Origin: a virus
Lineage: Duplodnaviria > Caudoviricetes
Virus record (IMG/VR): IMGVR_UViG_3300021431_004524
Location: 64,001-128,000 of that record
DNA: 64,000 nt
Reading direction: 5' to 3' (one strand)
This document shows, one piece after another, positions 19,363 to 31,100 of this stretch. The notes under the pieces are model-generated. The model was given only the letters and a program-made list of their open reading frames with translations, was not told where the DNA came from and did no database searches. Both the position numbers and the translations under genes were made by a program. Positions within the stretch are counted from its first letter, which is position 1. Each line of letters starts with the position of its first letter.

Positions 19363-21558
19363 ATGCGTGTAAGAAAAAGTGATGGCTCTTTTGAAGAGTA
19401 TAATTCAAACAAGGTTAAACGCGGTATCTGTGAGGCGTATACCGCAGTTAATGAGACATGCCCAGATGGGTTAATTGATTCGTTGGCAAATAACCTTTTT
19501 ATTTACGACAATATTTCTTCTAGTGAAATAAGAAGACAAGTTGAAGAGGCGTTAATGTCAGTGAACAAGAAAGTGGCTAGGGAGTATATTAAGAAATATG
19601 AAGAAAAACAAGATAAGGATAAAACTCTTAAAAAAGATAGTGATTTTATAAGAGACTATATCAGTGCATCAAATGCTTCATCCGGTTCAAAATATGATTC
19701 TAATGCTAATGTTGAAAATAAAAATATTGTAACACTTGGACAAGAACTTCATAAAGGCAAGAATATTCAGCAAAATAGGTATATAATGCATAATAAGATA
19801 AAGGCGTTATATTCTAAAAAACTCGCTGACCAATATATAAAGGATATTGAAACACATGTATTATATAAACATGATGAAAGTGGTACACCCGGTTATCCTT
19901 ATTGCGTGGCAATCACAATGTATCCATTCCTTATTGATGGTTTAAGAAATATTGGCGGTCAATCAAAAGCACCAACAGACCTTAAATCATACTGCGGAGA
20001 GTTTATAAATTTGGTTTATTCAGTATCATCACAATTTATGGGGGCTGTTGCAACACCAGAATTCCTTATGTATATGGACTATTTCATTAGAAAGGATTAT
20101 GGTGACGATTATCTTGATATACTTGATAAACAAGTTGAACTTAACAGGAAGGGTAGAACCCTTGAACAAGTTATTGAGAATTGCTTTCAACAGGTTGTTC
20201 ATTCTATGAATATGCCGGCGGGTAATCGTGGCTATCAAACGGTTTTTTGGAATGTAGGTTATTTTGATAAAAATTATTTTGATGGCGTATTCGGAGAATT
20301 TAGATTTCCTGATGGAACTGCGCCAAAATGGGAAACATTATCTTGGTTGCAGAAGAAATTCATGAAATGGTTCAATGAGGAAAGAACAAAGTATATATTG
20401 ACTTTCCCAGTCGAGACAATGGCGATGCTTACCGATGGTCATGATATAATAGACAAGGAATATGCCGATTTTACAGCTGAAATGTGGGCTGAAGGACACT
20501 CGTTCTTCTGTTATTTGAGTGATTCACCAGACTCTTTGAGTTCTTGTTGCAGACTTAGAAACTCATTGAAAGATGGAGAGGAAGATGACGAACATAACCA
20601 CACGACACACCAATTCTCTATGGGTACTGCATCAGTAGCGACAGGTTCAAAGTCTGTAATGACCATTAACCTTAATCGCGTTATTCAGAATGCCACAAGA
20701 GAGTATTTTGAGAAAGTTGAAGGTAAAAAGTTGGAGAATGGTGTACAAGTAGATATTCATAAGGTAAAGGATAAGAAAGCACTTTATGAATATATTGCTA
20801 ATGGCGTTACTGAAATGACTGAGAGAGTACACAAGTACCAAAGAGCATTTAATGAGATTATTAAGGATTTCCTTAACGCAAATATGCTTGACATATATAG
20901 AGCCGGATTCATTAACATGAAGAAACAGTATCTTACCATTGGTGTGAATGGCCTTACAGATGCAGCTGAGTTCTTATCAATTAATGCAAACCTTAATGAT
21001 GACTACGAGGAATTTGTAAATATGATTCTTGAAACTATCAATATCTCTAATAAGAAAGATAGAACAAGAGATTGTATGTATAACACAGAGTTTGTTCCAG
21101 GTGAAAACCTTTCTAATAAAAACTATAATTGGGATAAGAAAGATGGTTACTATGTATCGCCAAAGCATATAATGTATAGTAGTTATTTTTTCAATCCTGA
21201 AGATACTGAATTATCAATCCTTGATAAGATGAAATTACATGGCAAGAATTATGTAAAGTATCTTGACGGCGGACAGGCGGCACATTTGAATATTAATGAA
21301 CATCTTTCATTTGAACAATATAGGCATTTATTGAAAGTCGCATCTGAATATGGCTGTAGTTATTTCACCTATAATTGTAAGAATTCAGTTTGCAACGATT
21401 GTGGGTATATAAGCAAAGACACATTAGATGTTTGTCCTAAGTGTGGAAGCCACAATATAGATTATCTTACAAGAATAATCGGTTATCTTAAACGTGTTAG
21501 TTCTTTCAACGAAGCAAGACAAATAGAAGAACATATGAGAAATTATAATAAAGAATAA
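19363..21558 (+). CDS. nrdD: anaerobic (class III) ribonucleoside-triphosphate reductase
   Basis: N-terminal ATP cone, YCV, SSCCRL active-site loop, CNDC/CPKC Zn ribbon, RIIGYL glycyl-radical motif. Confidence 0.95.
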   Translation: MRVRKSDGSFEEYNSNKVKRGICEAYTAVNETCPDGLIDSLANNLFIYDNISSSEIRRQVEEALMSVNKKVAREYIKKYEEKQDKDKTLKKDSDFIRDYISASNASSGSKYDSNANVENKNIVTLGQELHKGKNIQQNRYIMHNKIKALYSKKLADQYIKDIETHVLYKHDESGTPGYPYCVAITMYPFLIDGLRNIGGQSKAPTDLKSYCGEFINLVYSVSSQFMGAVATPEFLMYMDYFIRKDYGDDYLDILDKQVELNRKGRTLEQVIENCFQQVVHSMNMPAGNRGYQTVFWNVGYFDKNYFDGVFGEFRFPDGTAPKWETLSWLQKKFMKWFNEERTKYILTFPVETMAMLTDGHDIIDKEYADFTAEMWAEGHSFFCYLSDSPDSLSSCCRLRNSLKDGEEDDEHNHTTHQFSMGTASVATGSKSVMTINLNRVIQNATREYFEKVEGKKLENGVQVDIHKVKDKKALYEYIANGVTEMTERVHKYQRAFNEIIKDFLNANMLDIYRAGFINMKKQYLTIGVNGLTDAAEFLSINANLNDDYEEFVNMILETINISNKKDRTRDCMYNTEFVPGENLSNKNYNWDKKDGYYVSPKHIMYSSYFFNPEDTELSILDKMKLHGKNYVKYLDGGQAAHLNINEHLSFEQYRHLLKVASEYGCSYFTYNCKNSVCNDCGYISKDTLDVCPKCGSHNIDYLTRIIGYLKRVSSFNEARQIEEHMRNYNKE

Positions 21559-21570
21559 TTTTATTTTAAA

Positions 21571-21804
21571 ATGATACAAATATTACGTAAAGACGGATGG
21601 AAACTAAATCCAAATGATAAAATCGTTAATGCCATATTAAAAAGATGTGAAAAGTGTGATGGATTATGCCCTTGTACACACGATTCTGAGGATTATGAAG
21701 GTAAGGATTTACATTGTCCATGTACTGATTACAAAATAAAAGATGTATGCGAATGTGGATTATATGTAAAAGATTCAAATTGGGATTACATAACAAAAAG
21801 GTAA
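21571..21804 (+). CDS. ferredoxin:thioredoxin reductase catalytic-subunit-like [4Fe-4S] protein
   Basis: GWKLNPN...CPC-x13-CPC-x8-CEC-GLYV matches the FTR-c CPC/CPC/CHC pattern. Confidence 0.8.
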   Translation: MIQILRKDGWKLNPNDKIVNAILKRCEKCDGLCPCTHDSEDYEGKDLHCPCTDYKIKDVCECGLYVKDSNWDYITKR

Positions 21805-21808
21805 ATTT

Positions 21809-22288
21809 ATGATAAAATATTATAATGCGATGGTAGTATTTGAAGAAATTCCGGATGAAGTGACACTAGCAATTAATATAACAAATTGTCCGTGTCATTG
21901 TCCGGGTTGCCATTCAAAGTTTTTGTGGGATAATGTTGGTACTGAACTAACAGAAGAAGAGTTACACAAGTTAATTTTAAAAAATGATGGAATAACATGT
22001 GTTTGTTTTATGGGCGGAGATTCAGACCCAGAAGATGTTGTTAGATTATCTGAATATGTAAATTGTATAGAACATTTAAACGTTGGATGGTACAGTGGTA
22101 GGGATGAATTTGTGAACAGTCTCAACTACGATTTTTTTGAATATGTCAAAATTGGCCATTATGATATGAATTTAGGTGGTTTGGATAGTAAAACAACTAA
22201 TCAACGCTTATACAAGAAAAAAATAAGCACATCCAATGGCTTGAATTTACCTACATGGCATGATATAACAAATAAGTTTTGGAAATAA
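21809..22288 (+). CDS. nrdG: anaerobic RNR activating enzyme (radical SAM)
   Basis: NCPCHCPGCHS (CxxxCxxC), FMGG, TTNQRLY; downstream of nrdD. Confidence 0.92.
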   Translation: MIKYYNAMVVFEEIPDEVTLAINITNCPCHCPGCHSKFLWDNVGTELTEEELHKLILKNDGITCVCFMGGDSDPEDVVRLSEYVNCIEHLNVGWYSGRDEFVNSLNYDFFEYVKIGHYDMNLGGLDSKTTNQRLYKKKISTSNGLNLPTWHDITNKFWK

Positions 22289-22308
22289 TAATTTATAAAT
22301 AATCTCAG

Positions 22309-22344
22309 AACACCTATATTTAATATTATAGGTGTTTTATTTTA
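22309..22344 (+). terminator. hairpin / probable terminator after the nrd operon
   Basis: AACACCTATA / TATAGGTGTT stem with T-rich tail. Confidence 0.6.
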
Positions 22345-22350
22345 TACAAT

Positions 22351-22737
22351 ATGGCAAGAACTCAACACTATGGAATTAAATTTCCTTTTAATATTAAAAG
22401 TGATGAAAAAACGTTTGTTGATTTAGATACTACGGCAGGAGAAGGTATCAAATCACAAATTATGCATCTTATCTTTACCCCAATCGGGCAAAGGATAAGA
22501 AGACCTCTTTTTGGCTCTAAACTCATACAGTTTATTTTCAATCCAAACGATAATCAGACGTATGGTGATGTTGTATCGGAAATAAAGGATATGGTAAAGA
22601 GGAATATACCTAATTGCAGTCTTGATGATATAAATGTCTATGAAATCAATGATGGTTTAGGACTTGTTGCAAGTATAAAATACAGCGTTAGCGAAAATGG
22701 TGGAACAACCCAATATCAAATAATGACTAATTTGTAA
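22351..22737 (+). CDS. baseplate wedge protein, gp25/GPW-like
   Basis: GIKFPF, IMHLIFTPIGQRIRRPLFGS. Confidence 0.88.
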   Translation: MARTQHYGIKFPFNIKSDEKTFVDLDTTAGEGIKSQIMHLIFTPIGQRIRRPLFGSKLIQFIFNPNDNQTYGDVVSEIKDMVKRNIPNCSLDDINVYEINDGLGLVASIKYSVSENGGTTQYQIMTNL

Positions 22738-22765
22738 TTCAAATAAAGAATTTTAATTAAATAAT

Positions 22766-24784
22766 ATGGCAGAGAGTAGAATACAATATTCAGCAAGGAA
22801 TTTTGATGATTTTAGAAAAGCGTTATTGGATATTTCAATGAAGTATTATCCTGACATAGCAGACAGTTATAATGACGCGTCTGTCGGTTCATGGTTTATA
22901 GACTTGTTTGCTGATGTGGCTGATGCTTTAAATTATCATATTGATAGGACGTATCAGGAAACTTCGGTCAATGCAGCCGGACAGAGAAGTTCTTTGTTGA
23001 GTATTGCAAGAAATAATGGTTTGAAGGTTCCTGGTAAAAAGGCCGCTGTCGTGGAGATTGAACTTTCTTGCGAGTTACCTTTAAATGCACAAGGTAGTGC
23101 AGCAACGGGTAATTTAAGGGAGGCTGATGAGAATTATGCCCCATATGTTAAGCGTGGCACATTATTTTCTACCGGACTTGTAACCTTTGAATTAGTTAAT
23201 GATGTTGATTTTAAAGAACAGTTTGATGAGAATGGTATATCGAACAGACAGATAATACCAAATCACGATTCAAATGGTAACATTATAAGCTATACATATA
23301 AAAAATTAGGTATTGCCGTTGCCGGACAAAGTAAGGTTTACAAAAGGGTTATCTCAAACAGTGATATTAAGCCTTTTATGAGTGTATTGTTGCAGGATAA
23401 GGATATTCTTGGTGTTGAAAGTATTCTTGTTAAACAAGGAACTGACTTGTCTACAAATCCTATGATAAAGGAATATAGTGTAGATAAGGAGACTTTTGAA
23501 GATAAGGATGGAAAACCAATTAATAGGTATTTTGAAGTTGATAACCTTGCAGAACAATATAGGTTTGGGGTTGATGAAAACGCCCCCACATGGGAAACTG
23601 AAACAACAAGTTACGCAACAACAGCCGATGGCGAACCAGTTCAGTTTGAAAAGGCGATTCAGATAACTCATGTCGCAAAAGGACAATGGAAACGTCTTAA
23701 AAATAAGTTTACAACTGAGTTTACAGACAATAATTCACTTAAAATAACATTTGGCGCAGGACTTAAAAATCAATATGGTACAATCCCGACTGATGCAAGA
23801 TTATTTACACAATATATAATGTCCAGAATGGAGGCTAATGATTATATGGGTGTATTACCTGAGCCGAATACGACAATGTATATACTTTACAGAGTTGGTG
23901 GTGGAGAACAGAGTAATATTGCAAAAGATACACTTACAAATATAATCAATTTAAGTATGACGATTGACGGTAACTGTGATGACGGCGAAGATTCAAGAAA
24001 GAAACGTAACGTTAAAAATTCATTAAAGGTTACTAATACGACACCTTCTTATGGCGGTAAGGATGAACCATCAGATGAGGAACTTAGACAGTTAATCAAA
24101 TACAATTCTGCTGCCAAGAACCGTTGTGTTACGTTACATGATTATGTTGCGAGGATAAATGAATTACCGGCAAAATACGGTACGCCATTCCGTTGCGGGG
24201 TAATTGAGGAAAACAATAAGGTCGTAATATATACGCTTGGTCTTGATTCCGAAGGACACTTAGAACCTAAATTATCTGAATATGTTGCAAATAATATAAA
24301 GGAATATCTGTCAATGTATAGGATGATTAATGACTTTGTTGAAATACGTTCCGGTAAAGTTATAAACGTTTCATTTGAAGTCGATATTTTCGTTGACAAA
24401 TCATATGAAAAATCTGAAGTGGTTAAGAGGGTTATCGAAAAAATAACTGAATATATGGACATACGTAACCATTTAATGGGTGATGAGTATTTCATTGGTG
24501 ATTTGGAGAAAGAGATTTCAAAACTTGATGGTGTTAAGAACCTTATTGAGTTAAGGGTTTACAATAAAGTTGGTACGGAAAACGGATATTCGGCTGATGA
24601 AACAACACAACAATTGATTGACCCGAATGATTGCTGCTATGATGAGTATGGCGAAGGAAATAGTAATTTTGATAGAAGAATAGACCTTAAAGCAAGTGAC
24701 AAGATTTTATTCACTGAGGCAAATAGTCTATTGGAAATCAAATATCCTAACCGTGATATAAGGGTTAATGTTCGTGAAAGATAA
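22766..24784 (+). CDS. baseplate wedge subunit, T4 gp6 / baseplate-J-like
   Basis: YSARNFDD, FIDLFADVADALNYHID, YRVGGG, GGKDEPS, NRCVTLHDY. Confidence 0.88.
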   Translation: MAESRIQYSARNFDDFRKALLDISMKYYPDIADSYNDASVGSWFIDLFADVADALNYHIDRTYQETSVNAAGQRSSLLSIARNNGLKVPGKKAAVVEIELSCELPLNAQGSAATGNLREADENYAPYVKRGTLFSTGLVTFELVNDVDFKEQFDENGISNRQIIPNHDSNGNIISYTYKKLGIAVAGQSKVYKRVISNSDIKPFMSVLLQDKDILGVESILVKQGTDLSTNPMIKEYSVDKETFEDKDGKPINRYFEVDNLAEQYRFGVDENAPTWETETTSYATTADGEPVQFEKAIQITHVAKGQWKRLKNKFTTEFTDNNSLKITFGAGLKNQYGTIPTDARLFTQYIMSRMEANDYMGVLPEPNTTMYILYRVGGGEQSNIAKDTLTNIINLSMTIDGNCDDGEDSRKKRNVKNSLKVTNTTPSYGGKDEPSDEELRQLIKYNSAAKNRCVTLHDYVARINELPAKYGTPFRCGVIEENNKVVIYTLGLDSEGHLEPKLSEYVANNIKEYLSMYRMINDFVEIRSGKVINVSFEVDIFVDKSYEKSEVVKRVIEKITEYMDIRNHLMGDEYFIGDLEKEISKLDGVKNLIELRVYNKVGTENGYSADETTQQLIDPNDCCYDEYGEGNSNFDRRIDLKASDKILFTEANSLLEIKYPNRDIRVNVRER

Positions 24785-24809
24785 TGAATACTATTTTTTA
24801 ACGTTTACG

Positions 24810-24841
24810 ACACTCTATTAATAGGAATAGGGTGTTTTTTT
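24810..24841 (+). terminator. intrinsic terminator
   Basis: ACACTCTATT / AATAGGGTGT stem followed by a T run. Confidence 0.65.
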
Positions 24842-24890
24842 ATTGAATAAAAGGTACATTTTACCTATTTTTATATTAAAATTATATATA

Positions 24891-25145
24891 ATGCCTTGTA
24901 ATTGTAAAAATAAAGTAAAGAAAATGGAGAAATATTCTGAAGACATTGTGAATGACGATGCCAAAAAGATTAAGAATCCATTTTTGAAAATATTAGAGAT
25001 TTTATTGCAAATTTGTTTTGGAATTTTCTGCGGTATCGTAATTATTATTATGATAGTGCCAATGTTGTTATACATTATCGGCTGTCTTATCACCGGTAAA
25101 GAGGCACATTTCAAGATTAGAAACATTTTTAAAAAGAAAAAATAA
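24891..25145 (+). CDS. small membrane protein with N-terminal MPCNCK motif
   Basis: ATG at 24891; long hydrophobic stretch ILEILLQICFGIFCGIVIIIMIVPMLLYIIGCLI; basic C-terminus. Confidence 0.65.
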   Translation: MPCNCKNKVKKMEKYSEDIVNDDAKKIKNPFLKILEILLQICFGIFCGIVIIIMIVPMLLYIIGCLITGKEAHFKIRNIFKKKK

Positions 25146-25165
25146 ACCGTTTTTAAGCACGTTTA

Positions 25166-28100
25166 ATGGCAGAGGGTTATAAATCTTACAGGATAAGGAC
25201 AAAAGTCGGTCAGGACGCACCAAATGTGGTAAATGTACACCTTGACCAAACATATGACGAGTTTCAGATTCTATCATTGAAGATAGACCAAAAAAATAGT
25301 TACAATTTATATCAATCTGATAAAGGTATCATCGTTGGTCGTGTATTAGCCAATGGTGGTGTCGGTGTGTCAAACGCCAAGGTTTCAATCTTTATTGAAA
25401 CTGATGATACAATGAGTTTGGATAAACATATCATATATCCTTATTCATCTGTTAATGATACAAATGATGATAGAGTAAGATACAATCTCCTGCCGGATTA
25501 TGTAGATGAGACTTGCCATCAGAATGTAGGTACATTCCCAAATAAGAGATACGTGCTTGATAATGATGATGTTATTGAGGTTTTTGATAAGTTTTGGAAG
25601 TATACAACAGTAACGAATACCGCCGGTGACTATATGCTTTATGGAATACCAACAGGTAATCACACCTTACACATGGATGTTGACTTATCTGATATTGGCT
25701 TATTAAGCCAGAAGCCACGTGACCTTGCTTATAAAGGGTTTAACATTAACTTATTTGAAAGCCCTACAAAATTCAAACAAGACACTAATCTTAATAGTCT
25801 TGCTCAAATTAAATCACAAGATATCGGTGTATTTGTCTATCCTTTCTGGGGCGACAGCACCGATAATTCAGATAATATTGCCGTAACACGTTGTGATATA
25901 CAGATTGACTATAAATTTGAACCTACTTGTGTGTTTATTGGCTGTATCATAACTGATACCGGCAGTAATGCAATCGGAAAGAATTGTGCAGGTACTGATA
26001 ATGTAGGTAAAATGTCTGATTTGGTTGCCGGTGAAGGGTCTATTGAAATGATTCGTAAGACCATTGATAACAAGGTTGAGGAATTTCAGATTAAAGGAAA
26101 TCGTGTAATTGACGGTGATGGTGTATGGTGCTATCAGATACCAATGAATCTTGACTATGTAATGACGGATGAATTTGGTAATCTTGTACCGACGGATAAT
26201 CCTGATAAGGGTATTCCTACAAGGACACGTGTAAGATTTAGAGTTTCATTGGATGACCCACCCAGTGATAATACCGCACGTAAGAGATGTAAATATCTTG
26301 TACCTAACAACCCAAGATTGGATGAAGATAGATTCCCTGTATTTACTGCTGATGAAATGCATGAACCTGACTATGAATTTGGCAGTAATACAAGGGAAGA
26401 GAGTTTCTGTGACTTGTTTTGGAATAAAGTCTATACAGTTAAGAACTATATTCCTAGAATACAGAAAAATACCAAAATTACAAATAGAAAACATACTGGT
26501 ATAAAATTAATAAACCATTATGGCGATAATAATCCAATGCCATATAATAATCTGAGTATCAAATTGTCATTCACATACAGATTTATATGTGTACTTACAA
26601 AGATATTCATTTTGTTGGTTGGCTTCTTGAACAATATAATTACAATACTTGGTGCAATACCTTGTAAGATTGCGGATTTCTTCAGAAGTATTGCTGATTT
26701 CTTTAATTTTAAGATACTTGGATGGAGACCTCTTGGGGTTGTTGCAAGTATGTTTGAGGCTGTTGCAAAAGTTTTCGACTTATTAACACCTCCTTGTATT
26801 GCGATTTCTTCTGAGTTTTGTACCGAAGATGTTACACACGCATATACATTCTATCCTGGATGCGGTAGAAAAGGCTTGGCAAATGTAATAGGTCCGTTGG
26901 CGGATTGTGTATGGGATAAAACACAAGAGAGACATTATGATGATATGCGTGATGTAAAACAAGAGGATAAGACAGAACCTATAAATAATGACTCAGAGTT
27001 GTATAATTGTGTTGAATCGCAATTGGCAGAAGATAATGATGCAACATCTTTCAACTTCCAAAATGACTGGATAAATGGTACACTTTATTCTCCATTATGG
27101 TATAGGAAGATAACACCAAAGCGAAGTTTCTTGTTTGGGCTGTTTAAACGTAGTGCGAAAGATGAGTGGTGTTCTGCTGACCATGCATACAATGGATTGG
27201 TAAGAATTTTCCACCCTTGTGCGGTTAAGCGTGACGGAACTGCAAAATATACAACACATGATGGTAAATCTGGGCAAGAAGCAAAATATATGAGTGGAAG
27301 TCCTGGATGTAGTGATGACTGTCATGAAAATAAGACAATCATTGGACTTAACAATGGTGTTATAAGAACTAAACAGACCATGTTAGGGCAGACCGTATAT
27401 TATTATAAACCTGTTGAATATGAGACTATTAAACAAGAAGGCGATGGCATAAGAAAAGAAGGAAATTATAACGGTGCTTTAAAACTTCTTTTTGCTACAG
27501 ATATTGTATTGCTTGGAAGTCTTAATGATTGTGACTTGAATGGTGTTCCACAATTCTTCAAATCTCTTGAATCAAGTACATATAAATTACCGCCTAACAT
27601 GTTGTTTACAGATAACAACATGGTTCAGAGTTTCAATGAAGACGGAACTATATCAACTCGTTTTGACCAAGTTAGCACAAGTGAAATGACTGGAAATGAC
27701 TGGGGCAATAGAAATGACGATATGTGTGGTGAACCTGATGGCGGTTTATTCTATGACATTGGCTGCTCTTCAATTGAAATGATACCTAAGTCATGTATTA
27801 ATCTTTTAAGGATATGTGAATTTGGTGTTTCATTGGATGAAACCAAACAAGTACCTAATTTGAAAAATGTTGAGGATTCTGGCGATAATGCATTTGAAAC
27901 ATTGGTACCTGATGGCTTTATTTCAAAGGACGAACTGTATAATGATAATGAACGTAGTATGTTTGCTACGATGAACGGTAATGAGTTATTAACAAAATTG
28001 AATACAGAAAATGGCTTGAAAGAATATGATTTCAGACATTTGTATGTTGATAATTTTGATAATTCATTGTTTTCCGCAATGTCTTTAAGACAGAAGAAAT

Positions 28101-31100
28101 GTTCAGAATATACCTATACAAATAACTGGAAACTTGAAAGCTTCAGTGCCGGATACTATGATTTTAGAATGGGTAAAAGACCTTATTTCTATGATAAAGA
28201 AAATAGGTTCCCAAGATATGAAAATTCATTCTATTTCTATTTCGGCCTAAAAGTTGGAAAAACGGCTATTGATAAGTTTAATAGTCAATTCTTTGCTGAA
28301 TGCTATAATTCAGAAGATGCAGTAAGTCCTATACGTATCGAAGTTAAAGGTAATTCATGGTGTTCTGAGATTAACGATGGTAAAATTAATGAGGGCGAAA
28401 ATAAAAAAAATGATGGTTTTGTTAAAATAGACCTTTCTGAAGTATCGTTACCTTGTGACATATTGATACAAGATGTTGAAAACGGTGACTTTGAATTTGT
28501 GGCTAAGGGTATTAATGATGAAAAAATCATAATTGCAAATAAAGATGTGGCTCGACAATATGAAAATACACACAAACAAGTGTGTATGACAAGGAAAATA
28601 AGGAAAAAAGATTACGGAAGAATATGCTCATTGGATAATAGCAAATATACAATGACGGTTACTGATTCAGAAGGTGAAATAATAACAGTAGATTTTGAAT
28701 TATATGCACCTTATCTTAAGTATGATGTTGAACCAACCAATTTCAAGAAACCTGAGAATGTGCTTTTGAACATGTTTAAAAATAGATATGACATTGCTAC
28801 ATACAAAACTGATTCTGGACGTGGAATTGGTGGAACAATTGCCATCTATAATATTGTGGATGGACTTAGTGGCGATGATTTATTTTTCTATGATATTGAT
28901 ATAGTTCCAATTAATAAGATAGATGGTTTAAAAAATGAGAACGACGAAGATATAAAATATGAAGTAAAAGTAAAAGTACGTAATGGTAAAATTGTTGAAT
29001 CTTCTGTTTATTTAGTCCATAGTGATTTAAGTGAGAAACGGTTCATTTTTGGTGTTCCTAAAGGTGATGAACGTTATAAGATTACCGTTACACAATATTG
29101 TGAATGGACCGGCACCGACGGTATTACTTATTATTATGATACTAATAACAAATATACCCACACTGTTTATATTGGTGATATGACACCTTATAAATTATAT
29201 ATAGGAAATGTTGTAGACTATGATGTAATTAGCCACTGGGGAACAGGTTATGAGTTAATAGAAGACATTGACAAAAAGGATTTTGATACGCATAAAGTTG
29301 AACTTAATGGAAGCGGTACATATTTTGATAATAGTAAATTCAGTGATAACTGGCTTCATATTTCTGATGCTGACGGCAGCAGTAATGGTAAACCACGTTA
29401 TTATTGGGATAAACTTATATCATATCAGAAATGTCTTAAAAAGATAAATAGTGACTTGAAAAACGGTAATTCAAATGAAAAATATTTTCCATTTAGAACG
29501 GCTAAATCTATTATTACTATTAGTGAATATATAAGGCCTGAAAATGTTAAAACAAATGATAACATACCTTATTTGGACGGTATTTTACTTAATGAATTCT
29601 TGAAGGAATTTATAAAGCGGTTAAATGATGATATTGATGATTTAAAAAACAAGTCGAATGGAAGTATAGATATAGAACAAGAAGATGCTATAAATATAAT
29701 GGAAGATATTATTCAGATGTGTGAGAAAATTATGGAAATAAAAGAAGAATTTATCATACAGATGAAATCGAATTTCTGGTTAACATGCCAAGAAGAGAGT
29801 AAAACAATCACATTTAGAGCGACAACAGACGATATGCCGGTAGGATTCTATATTGCACATCGTTCTGAGCGTTCATCCGATGATGGAAATTATAATGTAT
29901 TGGAATATAGACCAAGTGGGGAATTATATTTTTCATTTAATGAGGAAAGAAGAATTAGTGATATTACAATTCCATCATTAACCATAAGAAGTAGTGAAAA
30001 TTATGGTATTGATTTAATTCCAATTGCTGCTGATGAAAAACAAAAATATATTGTTCAAGATGAAGTATCGTTAGCTTTGGATAATAAATCTAATTTTAAA
30101 TTAAGTAATAGACAGAAATATGCGTTTTTTGTCGGTGTTATTAATTCTGCTGAACAGGTTAAGAAAAATCCACTTGACCGTAATGATGATGAAATGATTC
30201 CAAACGGAGATTCAATCCCGACTGGTATAAAGGATAAAGAATGGTATGAACCGAATACAAGTAAATTATTTGGCTTCCATGTACTTGATAAAATTATGAA
30301 TGTTGATTATATATCATGGGCTTATATTAATGGAATACCATATTTTGAGCCTAATGATGCCGAAAAAAACGGACACACTGTTATCTCAAGCGGTTTGTTT
30401 GCTGCTAATATGCACAATGGTGTCGCAAAAAAAATTAATAGTGATACTTCAACAGAATTTACTTTAACAGAATTTGAAATCCAAAAAGTTGGAGGATATA
30501 ATATGGAAATCGTTACAATTAATGATGAGGATTCAATGCCAACACAACGTTATATAAGCGGTTCTACAGAAGGTTCTACAGGTGCCCCAAGTTTTTATTT
30601 TAATTGGAGAAACTACACTGTTGATAGTTTATTTGAACCAACAAAATCACAAGGTGGTAAGACGGCCCAATATGTACCACTTTTGCCTGTTACATCAATT
30701 ATGGAAATTGAAGATTCTTCGTATTGTGATATATCAGAAGAAATATATGGTGGTATGACAATTAATTTGTTGGATGATTCTGTTAATAATTGTGAAGACC
30801 GAAGTCAGAATATTATACATGTAACGGCAAATAATAGTTCTGATGATGTGGTTTATTTCGTTTATAACGTTGAAACACATCCTTATCCGTTAAATCATTT
30901 TAATTTACCGGGAGAAAATGATTGGCTTAATACTATGACTAAAGAAATCAAAAAAGGTGATGTAATTAGTAGTGAAGAAGAAGAAAAATATAAAACATAT
31001 AAAATTTTTGGCATTTCAAACACTAAAGAGGTTCTTGTTGCGGAGTCGGCAAAAAAAGAAATAGGATTTGGTAATTATATTCCCATTTTTGGGACAGAAC

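Noticed and set aside
22351-24784. Bacterial T6SS/eCIS locus instead of phage
   Set aside because: Baseplate genes are interleaved with phage replication genes (gp32-like SSB, UvsX, primase, gp46/47), and no bacterial housekeeping context is present
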